Of a DNA stretch of 28,379 nucleotides, positions 1 through 13,288 are shown piece by piece. The stretch is taken from the NCBI GenBank assembly GCA_003614675.1, contig ML002212.1, forward strand, positions 62,001 through 90,379. The letters are read 5' to 3'. The DNA comes from Dimargaris cristalligena (taxonomy: Eukaryota). How positions within the stretch are numbered: the first letter of the stretch is position 1; every line of letters starts with the position of its first letter. Both the position numbers and the translations under genes were made by a program. The notes beneath the pieces are model-generated. The model had not been told where the DNA came from, searched no databases, and was given only the letters and a program-made list of their open reading frames with translations.

Positions 1-1
1 C

Positions 2-856
2 CAAAAGGTCCACGGGTTAAAAGCCAAGATGTTCAACAAGAAGCGCCGTAACGAAAAGATCCAGATGCAGAAGACCATTAAGATGCACGAGGCCAAGAAC
101 GCGCAGCAGAAGAACGACGAGCCCGTACCCGAGGGTGCCGTGCCCGCGTACTTGCTCGACCGTGAGGGTCAGCAGCGTGCCAAGGTGCTCAGCAATATGA
201 TCAAACAGAAGCGGAAAGAAAAGGCCGGCAAGTGGAACGTGCCCCTGCCCAAGGTCCGGGGTATCGCCGAAGACGAGATGTTCAAGGTCATCAAGACCGG
301 CAAGCGCAAGAGTAGGTGTACATTCTTTACCCCCCTTGATATGCCATTGTATATTGCCGTGGATTTGGAGTACGGTGGCCAACACCATATTCTCCGTTGT
401 ACATGGCCCAGCTTTTAATAGGCATTTTATGACATCAATCTGAATCCCCGACCTGTATCTAACATTTCTTTAATTTCTTCCCGCCACTTTCCCCCGCCAG
501 GCAAACAATGGAAGCGTATGGTTACCAAGCCTACTTTTGTGGGCGACGGTTTCACCCGGAAACCCCCCAAGTACGAACGGTTCATTCGACCCATGGCCCT
601 GCGTTACAAGAAGGCCCATGTTACCCACCCCGAACTCAAGGCTACCTTCTGTCTGCCGATTATTGGCGTGAAGAAGAACCCCCAGAGCCCCCTCTACACC
701 CAACTCGGTGTATTGACCAAGGGTACTGTGCTCGAAGTCAACGTGTCGGAATTAGGTCTAGTTACCACCGGTGGTAAGGTGGTGTGGGGTAAATACGCCC
801 AGGTCACCAACAACCCCGAGAACGACGGTTGTGTCAACGCCCTCCTACTAGTATAG
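2..856 (+). CDS. NSA2: Ribosome biogenesis protein NSA2 (60S maturation factor), 5'-partial; exons <2..311 and 501..856
   Basis: Translation contains NSA2 hallmarks: [55 protein letters not shown] and a C-terminal [23 protein letters not shown]. Splicing 312..500 joins [16 protein letters not shown] in frame. The start codon lies upstream of the window. Confidence 0.97.
312..500 (+). other. Spliceosomal intron of NSA2 (189 nt, phase 1)
   Basis: Donor GTAGGT at 312, branch-like TCTAAC at ~458-463, pyrimidine tract, acceptor CAG ending at 500. Removal restores the reading frame. Confidence 0.93.
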
Positions 857-1528
857 ATAATGAACAAGGGGGGGGGTACCCAACCTCCACCGTATTCTAA
901 ATATTGCAACACAATAGAGAAGGGGGGCGAAGTGGGAGGTTCTGCGATTGTCGTATAATTCCATATGGTTACTTCTTTTCTACTGCGTGCATACTGCGGT
1001 CGTTGTATTTTTTTCATCTATTGATATTTTCGATTGAGTCACGCAATACGATCCCCTTCCGCCAAATCATCACTCTATTCAATAAACTGACCGCCTTCAG
1101 ATCGATTGCTTGGGTATAGCCAGTTTAGGCAGTACTCCCCCCCTCCGTCTCTGTAAATGCAGTACCGTTTTCTTGGCCTAGACCGGATGACTGTGGGGTC
1201 GGCTTAGATTTCCTCGAAAACCTATTATAAATGTTCATATTTCTTGGGCTGGTTTCAATAGGGCATACTCCACAATCCTTTATTAGTCCCAAAAAACCAC
1301 ATGTAAGATGTTCGACTTGGCCACACACCGAAACTCCCGTTCGCTGGGCCCGGGTTTACTGTCTAAACCCTGAATTTTCACCCCACCGACTTTCCCATCC
1401 TTATTTCATTCAATGTCTTTTATGACTTAAGGTGAAATTCTCCCATATTGTATGATACCACGTATTCCTTTCAAAGCTCTCACCGAAAATCGATTTATTA
1501 TGGTTATAAAAAAAAAACCATTGGGGAT

Positions 1529-3566
<2,038 letters not shown>

Positions 3567-6500
3567 GGCGAGCGGAAACGGAAGGGACTGTGGGGGAAGA
3601 GAATAGAAAACCGCGGTATGCAGCAAATGAATGGAACAATCGAACAATGTATCAATAATGACAAAATGAAGGGGCGTGGGATGTCAGGGTATTGGAGAGA
3701 TGGACGATGTGACTTCTCTGTGTCCATTTTTTAGAAAAAGGATTATAATACTAAAATACACTTGGAATTACTCGTCTGGGCATTTTAGCCAGGCCTCTAA
3801 ATAATGAGGACTAATTTCGGTATCCCATGGTTAATTGACCTTCACGGCTGTGATTGGGCCGGGTCATGCAGTATTTCAACACACTTGCCACCTAAATAAA
3901 TACTAAGCGGTCTTTATATTCGCATTCAGATAGTACTCGTTGGCAAGCATAGGAATCCGATATATCCATTAGAAATAATTATGGCGATGTTGTAGGCATT
4001 TTTCTGGAAGACTAAAGGTCTTTGACGGGTAGAGCCCAGTAGGGCGTAGTAACACCAGAGTTCAACTCATATATATTTTTCTTTAAAATGACTGGGTTTA
4101 GTGAGGGTCAAGGAGCCGCCTACTTACCAAGTATTTCACCTCTCAATTCTATAATCCAAAAAATACCTTGTGAATCTGTAGTACCAATCCGCTCACCCAC
4201 TAACCTTAAACTGCTGTAACGCCTTGCTCATCGCTCTTTTCTTCGCAATCGCACAATTCCTTTGTGTATTTTTTTGGGGGGCTCTCTAATTGAGGCCATT
4301 TCACATAAGCCATTGTTCGAGGTCCGCCCTTTTGCCCTTAACCAAGTGATAATAATGGTTATACGTAACTGTCGGGAATTGGCGAAGGTTAGTGGGAGAT
4401 TCACTTCTTAAACGGCTATACCAGAGACCGGGACAGTTTTCCCGCTAGCAGTGTAATGGCTCCGCCGAACAACCGCAAGCCCGCCAAGAGAAGATTAGCT
4501 AGAATATACTACCAGGTTAATTTGGCATGCCCAATTTATCGTTAAACACAATACCTATACAATAATAAATCCCCCCGTTCCCCCAAATGAGTGTTAGTAG
4601 GACTATACCGAGACTCTGGCCATTCTGGAATCAACCCATATTTTTGACGGGGACCCAAAAAGGGGGAATTTTTGAGCATACTGGTGACCTGGTGTGAGGC
4701 TAATATCACTATAGAGCCCAAGGATATCGTGGCTATTACAAAGGGAAAGTGGGACTCCCTTTTGTCTTTCAATGTCCAGTATCAATGGTTCAAGGGCTCA
4801 ATCCCCGGTTTCTAATAGCAGTTAAAGCATCATCGTAAATTAGGATACTGATGAGCAAGATTGCGATGGAGTAAGCGGGTGCCCTCTGCTCTTCTGTAGC
4901 TAATGTCATGTGTGTGCGGGAGGTCGCATGTACGTTACCCTATTTTTCTCACTCGTATAGATTATATCTTTCCCGATAGTAACCCTTGCATTTTTCACAG
5001 ATCTGGTTGAGATATCCAGTTAACCTACCTGTCCACCCTCCTAACCTGTAAATGGTCAGAGTAGCCGTGCGGTGTGGGAGTGTGGAAGAACTGAAATGAC
5101 AGGTAAACCGGTGGTTTGTGCCCACTACCAAAAAGCTTTATTTATATGAATAGGCCAATATGCAACAGCACCCTTGGCTAAATCAAATGGACTTCATTTT
5201 CAGCCGAAGGTGGGCGCTTTTCCATAATAGAGTGATGGTAGTATATGGTGGACCGGTAGACCCTGTCTAGGCCTATAAAATGAGATGTTATAGAATTCAG
5301 CTTCTCCCCCAACCGGGCAACTTAGCCTGTCACAGTCGTCAATATCACATGGCCCCGAAAGTCGTAGGTGGTTGGGGAGAGGTGGGGATATGCCGCCAAG
5401 TCAGGATATACCTGAGGGGAAGGTCACTAGATGTTCTTTTCCAGCGGGACCAGGTTCTACGTAACGCGGTAGGTATACACCACCCTCTCCACACTAATCC
5501 CTACTCTCAGCACGGCGGTGGACGTCCTCTCCCTTGAGGACCTCCCAACCCTATCAGAAAAATAATGGCGGTTCTATATCCCCAACCCTGACAATTCTTG
5601 GAGAGCCTCATGTCCACCCTCCCCTTCCCTTCACTTCCGCTTCGTACCCATTCAGTCGATAAGTAGCTGTGACACAATCCATCATTGGCGTGGCTTGAAA
5701 GAGAAAGTAGAAATATAGGAGGGCTGGCCAATATCTCCCTTCCCCCACCATCAATCAACGGGCGGACGGGAAGAGAAATGTGCTAAATAGACACTGCCTT
5801 ATAAGGTCACAACCAATCGCCTGAGTATTACTACTGAATCCTTCGCCATGGGCTTTGTTTTAAAGACGGCGGGGGGGAGGGAGGGATATGGGGGGCTGGT
5901 AGTACAGGTTCGGTGGTACTACGGGGGTTAGCGGGAGCAAAAATGGGGTACCCACCGGCCTGTTTCGGGTTGGTCATTTATTAATCTTCCAAGTTTTCGG
6001 GGAAGACCATTATGGGACAAATTGGATAGAAAACTGATCAATCTTACATCGGACATTGGCTTCCAACATCAAGTTGTTGGGTGATTAGGTTCATAACCGC
6101 CAAGGCTGTATTTTCTTTGGTGCTGCTTTAATGAACACCGATAGTGCTCAATATAAGCGAATTGTAGTGGAGCCACAGTCGGTATGTGAAGCCCCTTACA
6201 CGGGTCCAGGTGGTTTATTGGGCGTATCAGTACAATATGGGCGGATCACAAAGGGACAGTGCTAGGCCAGAGTACTTGGCCATAAACAAAAGAAAAACAA
6301 AAAAGACATGATTCCGAAATTCACACATTAGTTCATTAAAGGGGTGAGACCTCCTCCCAATGCCCCTGGTTTAATTGCTTGGTTTTAACGTTACTTAGTA
6401 ACACGTTTCCAATACCACGGGGCAGGGGTTAACAGGGGACGCTTTGGTGGCTTATATGGAGCGTTGGGCCGGCTCTCTGTAGTGTGACTGACCATTGACT

Positions 6501-9500
6501 CTAGTAACTCCACAGTCGAAGGCCCTAACGAAGTACCGGTACGCTGTGTAATAAGGGCGGTGGAGCGGCGTGGCCAAGTGAAGTCGGGGATTGTAGGGAC
6601 TATGGCGCAGCTAAGTGAACGGTCAATAGTCCCTGTAAAATCACCAACGGGATAATGATTAAACCGGCTGAATATCGGTCTTGCATGAGAAGGTATACTG
6701 ATACACCCTAGCTAGGCCACCGGATTTCCTTGGTTTTTCAATATTGGATACCAGCCTCCCCCTTTTTAGTAATAGTAATAGTACCCCCCTTATTCAGGGG
6801 ATTTTGGCTAGTAGCTAAGGAATAGATTAGCCAATGGTGTAGTAGTACCCTGATCGTTTCAGAAGGTAAGAGAGAAAAAGAGAGTCCTCCATTCATCATA
6901 GGGTATACGAGCCACACTCCGTTGGCTTCACAGTCGAGCTGTCAAATTTCCTTAAATGGGTATGTTATAATTTAGGCGGAGAACAGCACAAATAATGTAC
7001 TGGTGACCTCCTCTCCTTACCGATATTCGGCGAGTCGCGCTGGCTTAATGAAACGCTCCGCTATCTAGTAGAGAATTGGCGCAGTGGATTTTGCCCAAAC
7101 TCATGGAAGCCGGCTCTTCCTAAGGGTAACTTCGAGGCAGAGGGGCAGCGCTGCGCCTAGCAATTAGGCATATGACATCTCTTGTGGCCGCCCAATATAT
7201 ATTCCAAAAACCCCAACCAGTAATAGGTTAGTATGCTAATGAATTCATTTAGGTCTAATCAAGGGAGATGTAGCCTCGGCGAAATCAACCCCAATGAATC
7301 GATAGTAAATTCAAGCACATCGGTTCATCCTGTAATGTGGCGTGTGAGAGTAAGGTGATCTTCCAGAGGGGGTGGTCGTCCATTTAGCGCTCTCTGGGCC
7401 ACTAAGGATCAAGCTAGCCGCCACCCTCTGCAAAGGTAACTTGTGCTACCCCGCAGCCCCCCGCTTGTACCACCTCTCCGGAGGGGAGTGGTTTATATTT
7501 ACACCTATTGTCCTTCATCTAGGTGAAGGCTGCTGACTAGCGGAGGGCTGTCATAACTATAGTAAAGAATCCATACTGAATAATCGACCAACAGTGAAGG
7601 GAATAAATGGTTAACCGCACGAAAATAGCACCATCGCCCGGAAAGTAGTGTAAGAATAGCAAGGAGTCGGTGCACAAGGTATCGAAGCACAGGAGTACTG
7701 TTGTTGTTTTAAAGCCAGCCTCTAAAATAATCGGGGCTGTAGAATGTGGAGGGCGTGTGGGGAATGCGCCAGTGAATGGGCGACCATGGGGTGTGTGTAA
7801 GGACATGATTTGAACCATTACAATACCCAAAATTCCGAGACCTTCACCGAACGGGAATTCACATTTTTAGCCATGCGTCAAATTGGGGCGAGTGTATGGT
7901 GAGGTGCGGTGAACTGCAGGGATCCAGTACAGGCGCGGTTGGCCACTACTGGGCCGCACTTAATTAATTTACGCCATGTGAACGAGTCACCCCCCTCCCT
8001 CCCCAGTGACGAGCACAGTTTGGCGTATTAGATCTATATTTACTTTAGTGTGTAGATCCAATCCAAGACTGCGGGGGTCGTTAAATTAGCCAAGAGGCGA
8101 AGCTATTCGAAGACCAATGGGTACGATGCGACCGAGGCTGAGGGCATGCGTGCCGGGAAGGTCAGCAGCTGCACTACAGAACTGTCTTATCAGCTCCATC
8201 ATCACTATGCAATCACCATTGAATCGGCCAGGTGTTGTGGAGAAAATCAGGGCCATCGGCAGATAGGAGGTCCTGCAATCCGTGAGGCGTCCGAGGGAGT
8301 GGAGTCGGGTGACTGGGCTTGGCCAGTAGCCACCCAACATTAGTTTAGGGAATGGTGCCGAATAAAAGGGTCCTGGAGCTATCCCGATAAAAAGTATGCC
8401 AATAAAGGGTTACTAGTATACCCGGGTCGCTGTAGGGTTCACATAAAAGGGTGTTTATTGAGAAAATCTTCCAGCATTTGTTTTGATTTAATCCATTCAC
8501 TCCGTATGCAGGGTGGTACTCGGCACAGAGTTAAAGGGCCGGTGCGATTAAGGCATAACAAAACGAAAATTCGACTTTGCGACACCACCCCCGAGGGCTA
8601 ATATTTTTGATAAACAAACCTGCCCTAAGTTCCAGCGACAGTTTTTTTTTTGCAATGGGGGCTGACGATGTTCACTTCCAAGACTCCCCCCCATAAGTAA
8701 GGAGGGACTCGGCGGTGTTTTCAGCTGCCTCCATTCAACACCTAGTTAGGTCATGGGCGGGGTACTCTAAATCCGAATGTTCGTAGACTACACCCCGCTT
8801 AATTAAGAATATCAGCTCAGTCTAAAGGGGGTCACGGGGTAAACAATAAATATATCTTCCGATTTTCCCAATTTAGATGGAATACAATGCGTGCTAATTG
8901 CCCTATAAATCGACAGATCAGAGGGGGAAGAGGAGGCGGGAGGGGGACGAGGAGCCGGCGGGGGAGGGCGATAAATTATACCTCTCAGGCGGCCTCGCTG
9001 GTGTAACGTAACAACCGACCCTCTTCAGCAACTGTTCTTCCTCGCTCTCCAACTTGCTCTGCCTGGATTGCTTCATAACGGTAAATAGGTTGGGGTGAGC
9101 CTATACTTGATCAAATAGTAGTTAAATTTGACATGAATTTTGGAAGCATTCCGGATCCAGGCCAGCCATTTTCTAAAACAACGCATGATATCATTACCCG
9201 CTCTCCGCGCCAGCTCCCTTTCGTAAGGTAATGGAGTGGGTTAAACATGGTCGGTTAAGCAGTATATGACCCCCTATTATTAGTCTGGAAGCCTTCAATA
9301 TTAGTTCAATTTAAATCATAACGATGCACTTAGCCTAGACTGTCCGGTGGTGGTTGTGTAGCCGAGCTGACTGGTGGCGGTCGTGCAAAGTGCGTCTGGG
9401 CTAATATAATGGGGGGGGGGGTCTCAAAGTACTGATAATGACTGTTGCCCAAGCTCCTGTCTGCCTCCCCTCCCCCAGTATTACACTATATTGGACCTAT

Positions 9501-9819
9501 TTTGTTTGAAATACTAGTAGAGGGGGTGGGGGAGGGGTACTTCCCCCCGTTTGTCCTTCCTCTTACTCCATCGCTTCGTCAAACCCCTCTTCCCTCCCCA
9601 TTTTGTGATATCTGCTACACGAGAACCTGCTGCTTTTCTTTCATCTGTGCACCCTTACTCTCTCTCACACACATACATACACATACACCCTCCTTCTCTC
9701 TTTTGACTGAAGGCGGTGCCTGTCGGGTCCACAAGGGAGTAGAGGAGGACAGCGAAAGCAAGGGAGTCGGGGAAGGGGAGTAAACGTACACCAGGCTGGC
9801 CCCTGACCTCCCGCACGTT

Positions 9820-9827
9820 TATATAAA
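9820..9827 (+). promoter_or_regulatory. Putative TATA box of the MFS transporter
   Basis: TATATAAA about 700 nt upstream of the ATG, followed by CT-rich leader-like sequence and a candidate 5'-UTR intron. Confidence 0.5.
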
Positions 9828-9944
9828 GTGCACCACCCGCTGGTCTAAAAAAGAAATGTATACCAACTGAATCAGTTCTTAAACCCCCCTGTTTCCCCGC
9901 CCTTTACTTTTCCGCTTACTTAGAACATTGCCTAGTTATTTCTG

Positions 9945-10439
9945 GTAGGTTGAGTGACCCCGTCATATAGTAGTCATTGCGTTTTATTTTCATTACTCTT
10001 CCACCATCCCCCCGTCTATTCATTACTTGAATCACCGCGATTCAATCGCGCTCGTCATCCACGGTTTCGGGTGGAGAGCTGAACTCCAGCTGTGATTGAC
10101 ATAGAAAACCTCATCCTGCTTTACCCCTTAAACGCTTAGAGTACCGGACGGAAATCAGATCCCGCCTTACCTCAGGGTCACCGTCAAACGGTATCAGACT
10201 CACATTTGGTTCACCTGGTTTCTATCCTCTACTCTATTGCCGCTGGGCCGTGGCCACTCGAGCTTCCTCCCCATTATATTGCGCTTTTTCTTTTGTATAT
10301 TTGTTGAAATTCTTCAACTGTACCTTACTTTTCTTAACCCGATAGCTAATTAGCCCATTGCCTATACTTATTGTCTGTATATCTAACCAACTGATTGGTC
10401 AATTCGAGTAGTCGTGTAGTGTAACCCTATCATTTCCAG
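9945..10439 (+). other. Probable 5'-UTR intron of the MFS transporter (~495 nt)
   Basis: Donor GTAGGT at 9945 (same hexamer as the NSA2 donor), GTAAC/CTAAC branch-like motifs, and acceptor CATTTCCAG ending at 10439, 86 nt before the ATG. No coding-frame check is possible. Confidence 0.5.
10042..10207 (+). ncRNA. Candidate intronic H/ACA-like snoRNA
   Basis: Hairpin (10042-10099), then ANANNA box ATAGAA (10101-10106), then a second hairpin (10139-10201), then ACA (10202-10204). Paired by eye only; no target identified. Confidence 0.3.
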
Positions 10440-10525
10440 TCAACAGAGCTGCCCAACCAAGCCAGCAAATTCATCAACAAACCATTTAGTAGCCCAGCCT
10501 TATCCAACCTTCCTATAACTTAACC

Positions 10526-12222
10526 ATGTCCGGCAGAATGGACTCCCGCGAGTCCAAAGTGACATCCTTCATTCTGTTCAGCACCATCGTGGCTTCGCTG
10601 GCGTCTTTTAACGTCGGCTGGAACACCGGTGTGACTAACATTCCCGAAGAAACCATTCGCAAATGTGTTAATAACGGCGGAGAGGGCATCCCCCCCACCC
10701 TTTGTGTTACCAACTCGATTACATGGTAAGCCTGCGATGCGCGTCCCCCCAGGGCGGTTAGGTTCACCCTAGTCCGTTTCTCTCGTCCTATGCTATTCAA
10801 GCCGTTTTTTTTAAAAAAAATTAGTCCTAGCTCTGGGCTGAAGCTGGCCTAATGATACCAGCAGTTTGATTATCGGTATTCTAATCATAGTTTGGTTCAT
10901 ATGTTTGTATTGCCCGATACTTCATTCGCCCTACATTCCGGCCATGACATTTCCTTTATATTACTAGGGGTGCTTCCGTGGCCATGTTCGCCATCGGTGG
11001 TCTGATTGGTGGGTTGACCGCCGGTATGGTGGCCAACCGATTCGGTCGGCGCCTGGTGCTGATGTTCAACAACATTTTCTTTACCCTGGGCGGTATCGTA
11101 CTGGCCATCAGCCCCAACGTGGCTGTGTTTGCCTTTGGTCGTATTCTTACCGGTATCGGCTGTGGTGTGTCCTCTGTCGTCGTGTCGACTTTCATGGGTG
11201 AGATTTCCAGTAACCGGAACCGTGGTGCCCTCGGCTCCATGTTGCAATTGACGCTGAACATCGGTATCCTAGCGACCCAGTGCATTGGTCTCGGTCTGGA
11301 TAATGTTCCCGGATGGCGTATTCTCCTGGCGTTGACGGCCGTGCCCGCCTTGGCCCAGGTGCTGCTGCTGTTCGGCTGTGTCGAAACCCCGCGCTGGTTG
11401 GCCTCCAAGGGTCGCTACGAGGATGCCCGCCGGTCGCTGGAGAAACTGCGTTCCGGTTACGATATTGAACAGGAGTACGACGAGATTGTGCGTGCCCAGC
11501 GCCCCGATTCTACCGAATCCGCCGAGGCCGCCGGTAAAAAAATGGGTGACGTCGAACATGCTACCCACTCCTTCGGGGCCACCACCACCTACTCCGTGTG
11601 GGACCTGGTCACCGGCCGGGCAGGTCCCGTGCTGCGCCGTCATCTGTTCATCTCCATCTTTTTGCACATGGCCCAGCAGCTCACCGGTATCAACGGTGTG
11701 ATCTTCTACTCCACCTCCACGTTCCAAAGTGCCTTCGGTGACTCCGCCAAGTATGTCACTATCGGTGCCGTGGGCAGTCTCGGTGTGCTGGTGACCTCCG
11801 CCTCTCTGATGTTGGTCGATCGCCTGGGCCGTAAGAAGCTCCTCTTCCTCAGTGCCGCCGGTATGGCCCTCAGTTCGACATTGCTGGTGATTGGTACCGT
11901 CACCAAGACCGACCCGCTGGTGCTGGCCGCCGTGATGCTGTTCATTACCTTCTTCGGTATCGGTCTCGGGCCCATCCCCTGGTTGATCGTGTCGGAACTG
12001 TTCCCCACCAACGCCGTCGGTGCCGCTTCGTCCGTGGCCATTGGCGCCAACTACCTGTGCAACTTCGCCATTGCTATGCTGTTCCCTTATATTGCCAGCG
12101 CCTTGGGCAGTTACGGTTTCGTGCCCTACGCCATCGTGGGTGTGGTCTGCGCGGTCATTATCCTTATGTTCGTTCCCGAAACTAAGGGCAAGTCCCTCGA
12201 AGAAATCACCCGCGGTCACTAA
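10526..12222 (+). CDS. MFS sugar porter (GLUT/SLC2A-like hexose transporter), 484 aa; exons 10526..10725 and 10968..12222
   Basis: ASFNVGWNTGVTN in TM1, ANRFGRR, GRILTGIGCG, GEISS..RGALGS, VETPRWL, AQQLTGINGVIFYST, VDRLGRK, GLGPIPWLIVSELF, VPETKGKSLEEI. The intron 10726..10967 joins SITW-GASVAMFAIGG in frame. Confidence 0.96.
10726..10967 (+). other. Spliceosomal intron of the MFS transporter (242 nt, phase 2)
   Basis: GTAAGC donor and TTACTAG acceptor. Removal restores the frame between two transporter-like ORFs. Confidence 0.92.
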
Positions 12223-13288
12223 TCAAAGCCTTCCCTACACCGGGGCTGGCATTTCAGGTTATACCCCTATGCTAGCCAGGCCTCCAGCCCCTTTTTCTCT
12301 GATACTGCTACTTCTACCTATGCGTTACTATACTATCATCAGCTGGCTCTTTGTAATGGACGGCCTGACTTTCGTTAGTCCACGGCATCTATTCTTCTTT
12401 TTAAAATAGGACCGATTCTTTAATCACCCCCAAGTCACATAGACTGACTCTCTTCTTAGTTTTACCATACTACCCTTTTCCTAATATTTTACTCTATATA
12501 CTTTATGAATCAATTACACTACTCTCACTACTTAATGCCAATCCTTAGCCCAGCAATGCAGTCATTCAATAATTGTCCATTATATTAAAGCGACTCTATG
12601 CCTCCGTATTAATATGAAGTAGACGTTATTTCAGACGGGTGATAAAATTTTATATGTAGATATAAATCCGTGGTGATGATATTTCAAGATTTTAATATAT
12701 CTAATATGCATCGAACCACTCAATCACTTAGACCGTTTGGTTAGAGGGGTCAACAATTTAACATGCGCACATTGGACAATCTAATTCGGTAAGTACTGTC
12801 ATCGCTATCTGGCAACGCTCCAGCGTAAATATTTATCGTACATTAAGCTAAGAGACCCAGGGCCGCCACTGCTGTATCTCTCTATCGAACCCTGTTAAAA
12901 ACTCATTCTTGTTATCCCAAATGACGCACTATCTCCAGTACTGATTCAACCATCGGTTGGACGGGCAGGCCCTCACAGAGATGAAAGGTTTGCAATTTAC
13001 CGGTGTTTATATTAGTATAATAACATACGCTGCTAGAATATAATCTCTCCTATGGGTCAAAAAGGGAGAAGTGGGCTGTGAGTCAATAAAAAACAACCAA
13101 GTTAGAGTCACAAAAAAGGTATTGGGGACATCGAACTACATTTACAAATATATAAATATAGATTGTTATTACATGGGTTTGGGGGCGGGGCTAATGTGCC
13201 AAACTGCAACTTGATAGTATCTAACCATGTCCCAAATCAGGGGACGGTCGACCACGCTAAACCAAAACCATACGCCACCCAGTCTAGA

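Noticed and set aside
4028..4068. tRNA-like fragments GGTAGAGC ... GAGTTCAACTC
   Set aside because: No acceptor stem, anticodon arm or 5-bp T stem can be formed.
4487..4499. AGAGAAGATTAGC, a 13-nt match to the U6 snRNA core
   Set aside because: The flanks do not match U6 (no ACAGAGA context, no ATGGCCCC internal stem-loop), so it is treated as chance.
4848..4872. CTGATGAG hammerhead-like core (another CTGATGA near 18594)
   Set aside because: No GAAA follows stem II, and stems I and III are missing.
8362..8452. CRISPR-like interpretation of the short repeats
   Set aside because: The repeats are only 9-10 nt and irregularly spaced, there are no cas genes, and the context is eukaryotic.
10186..10198. 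ACGGTAT-CAGA resembling a C/D guide to the 18S GAUACCGU region
   Set aside because: Only 7-8 nt of complementarity and no convincing C box.
10835..10866. GCTGG...ATACCAGC hairpin in the MFS intron resembling part of a TPP riboswitch
   Set aside because: It lacks the CTGAGA and ACCTGAT/ACTTGAT elements, and the host is not a thiamine gene.
11269..12219. 316-aa antisense ORF, plus similar shadow ORFs over NSA2, DDX41, ALDH and PMC1
   Set aside because: These are an expected by-product of GC-rich codon bias in real genes on the opposite strand, and they carry no recognisable motifs.
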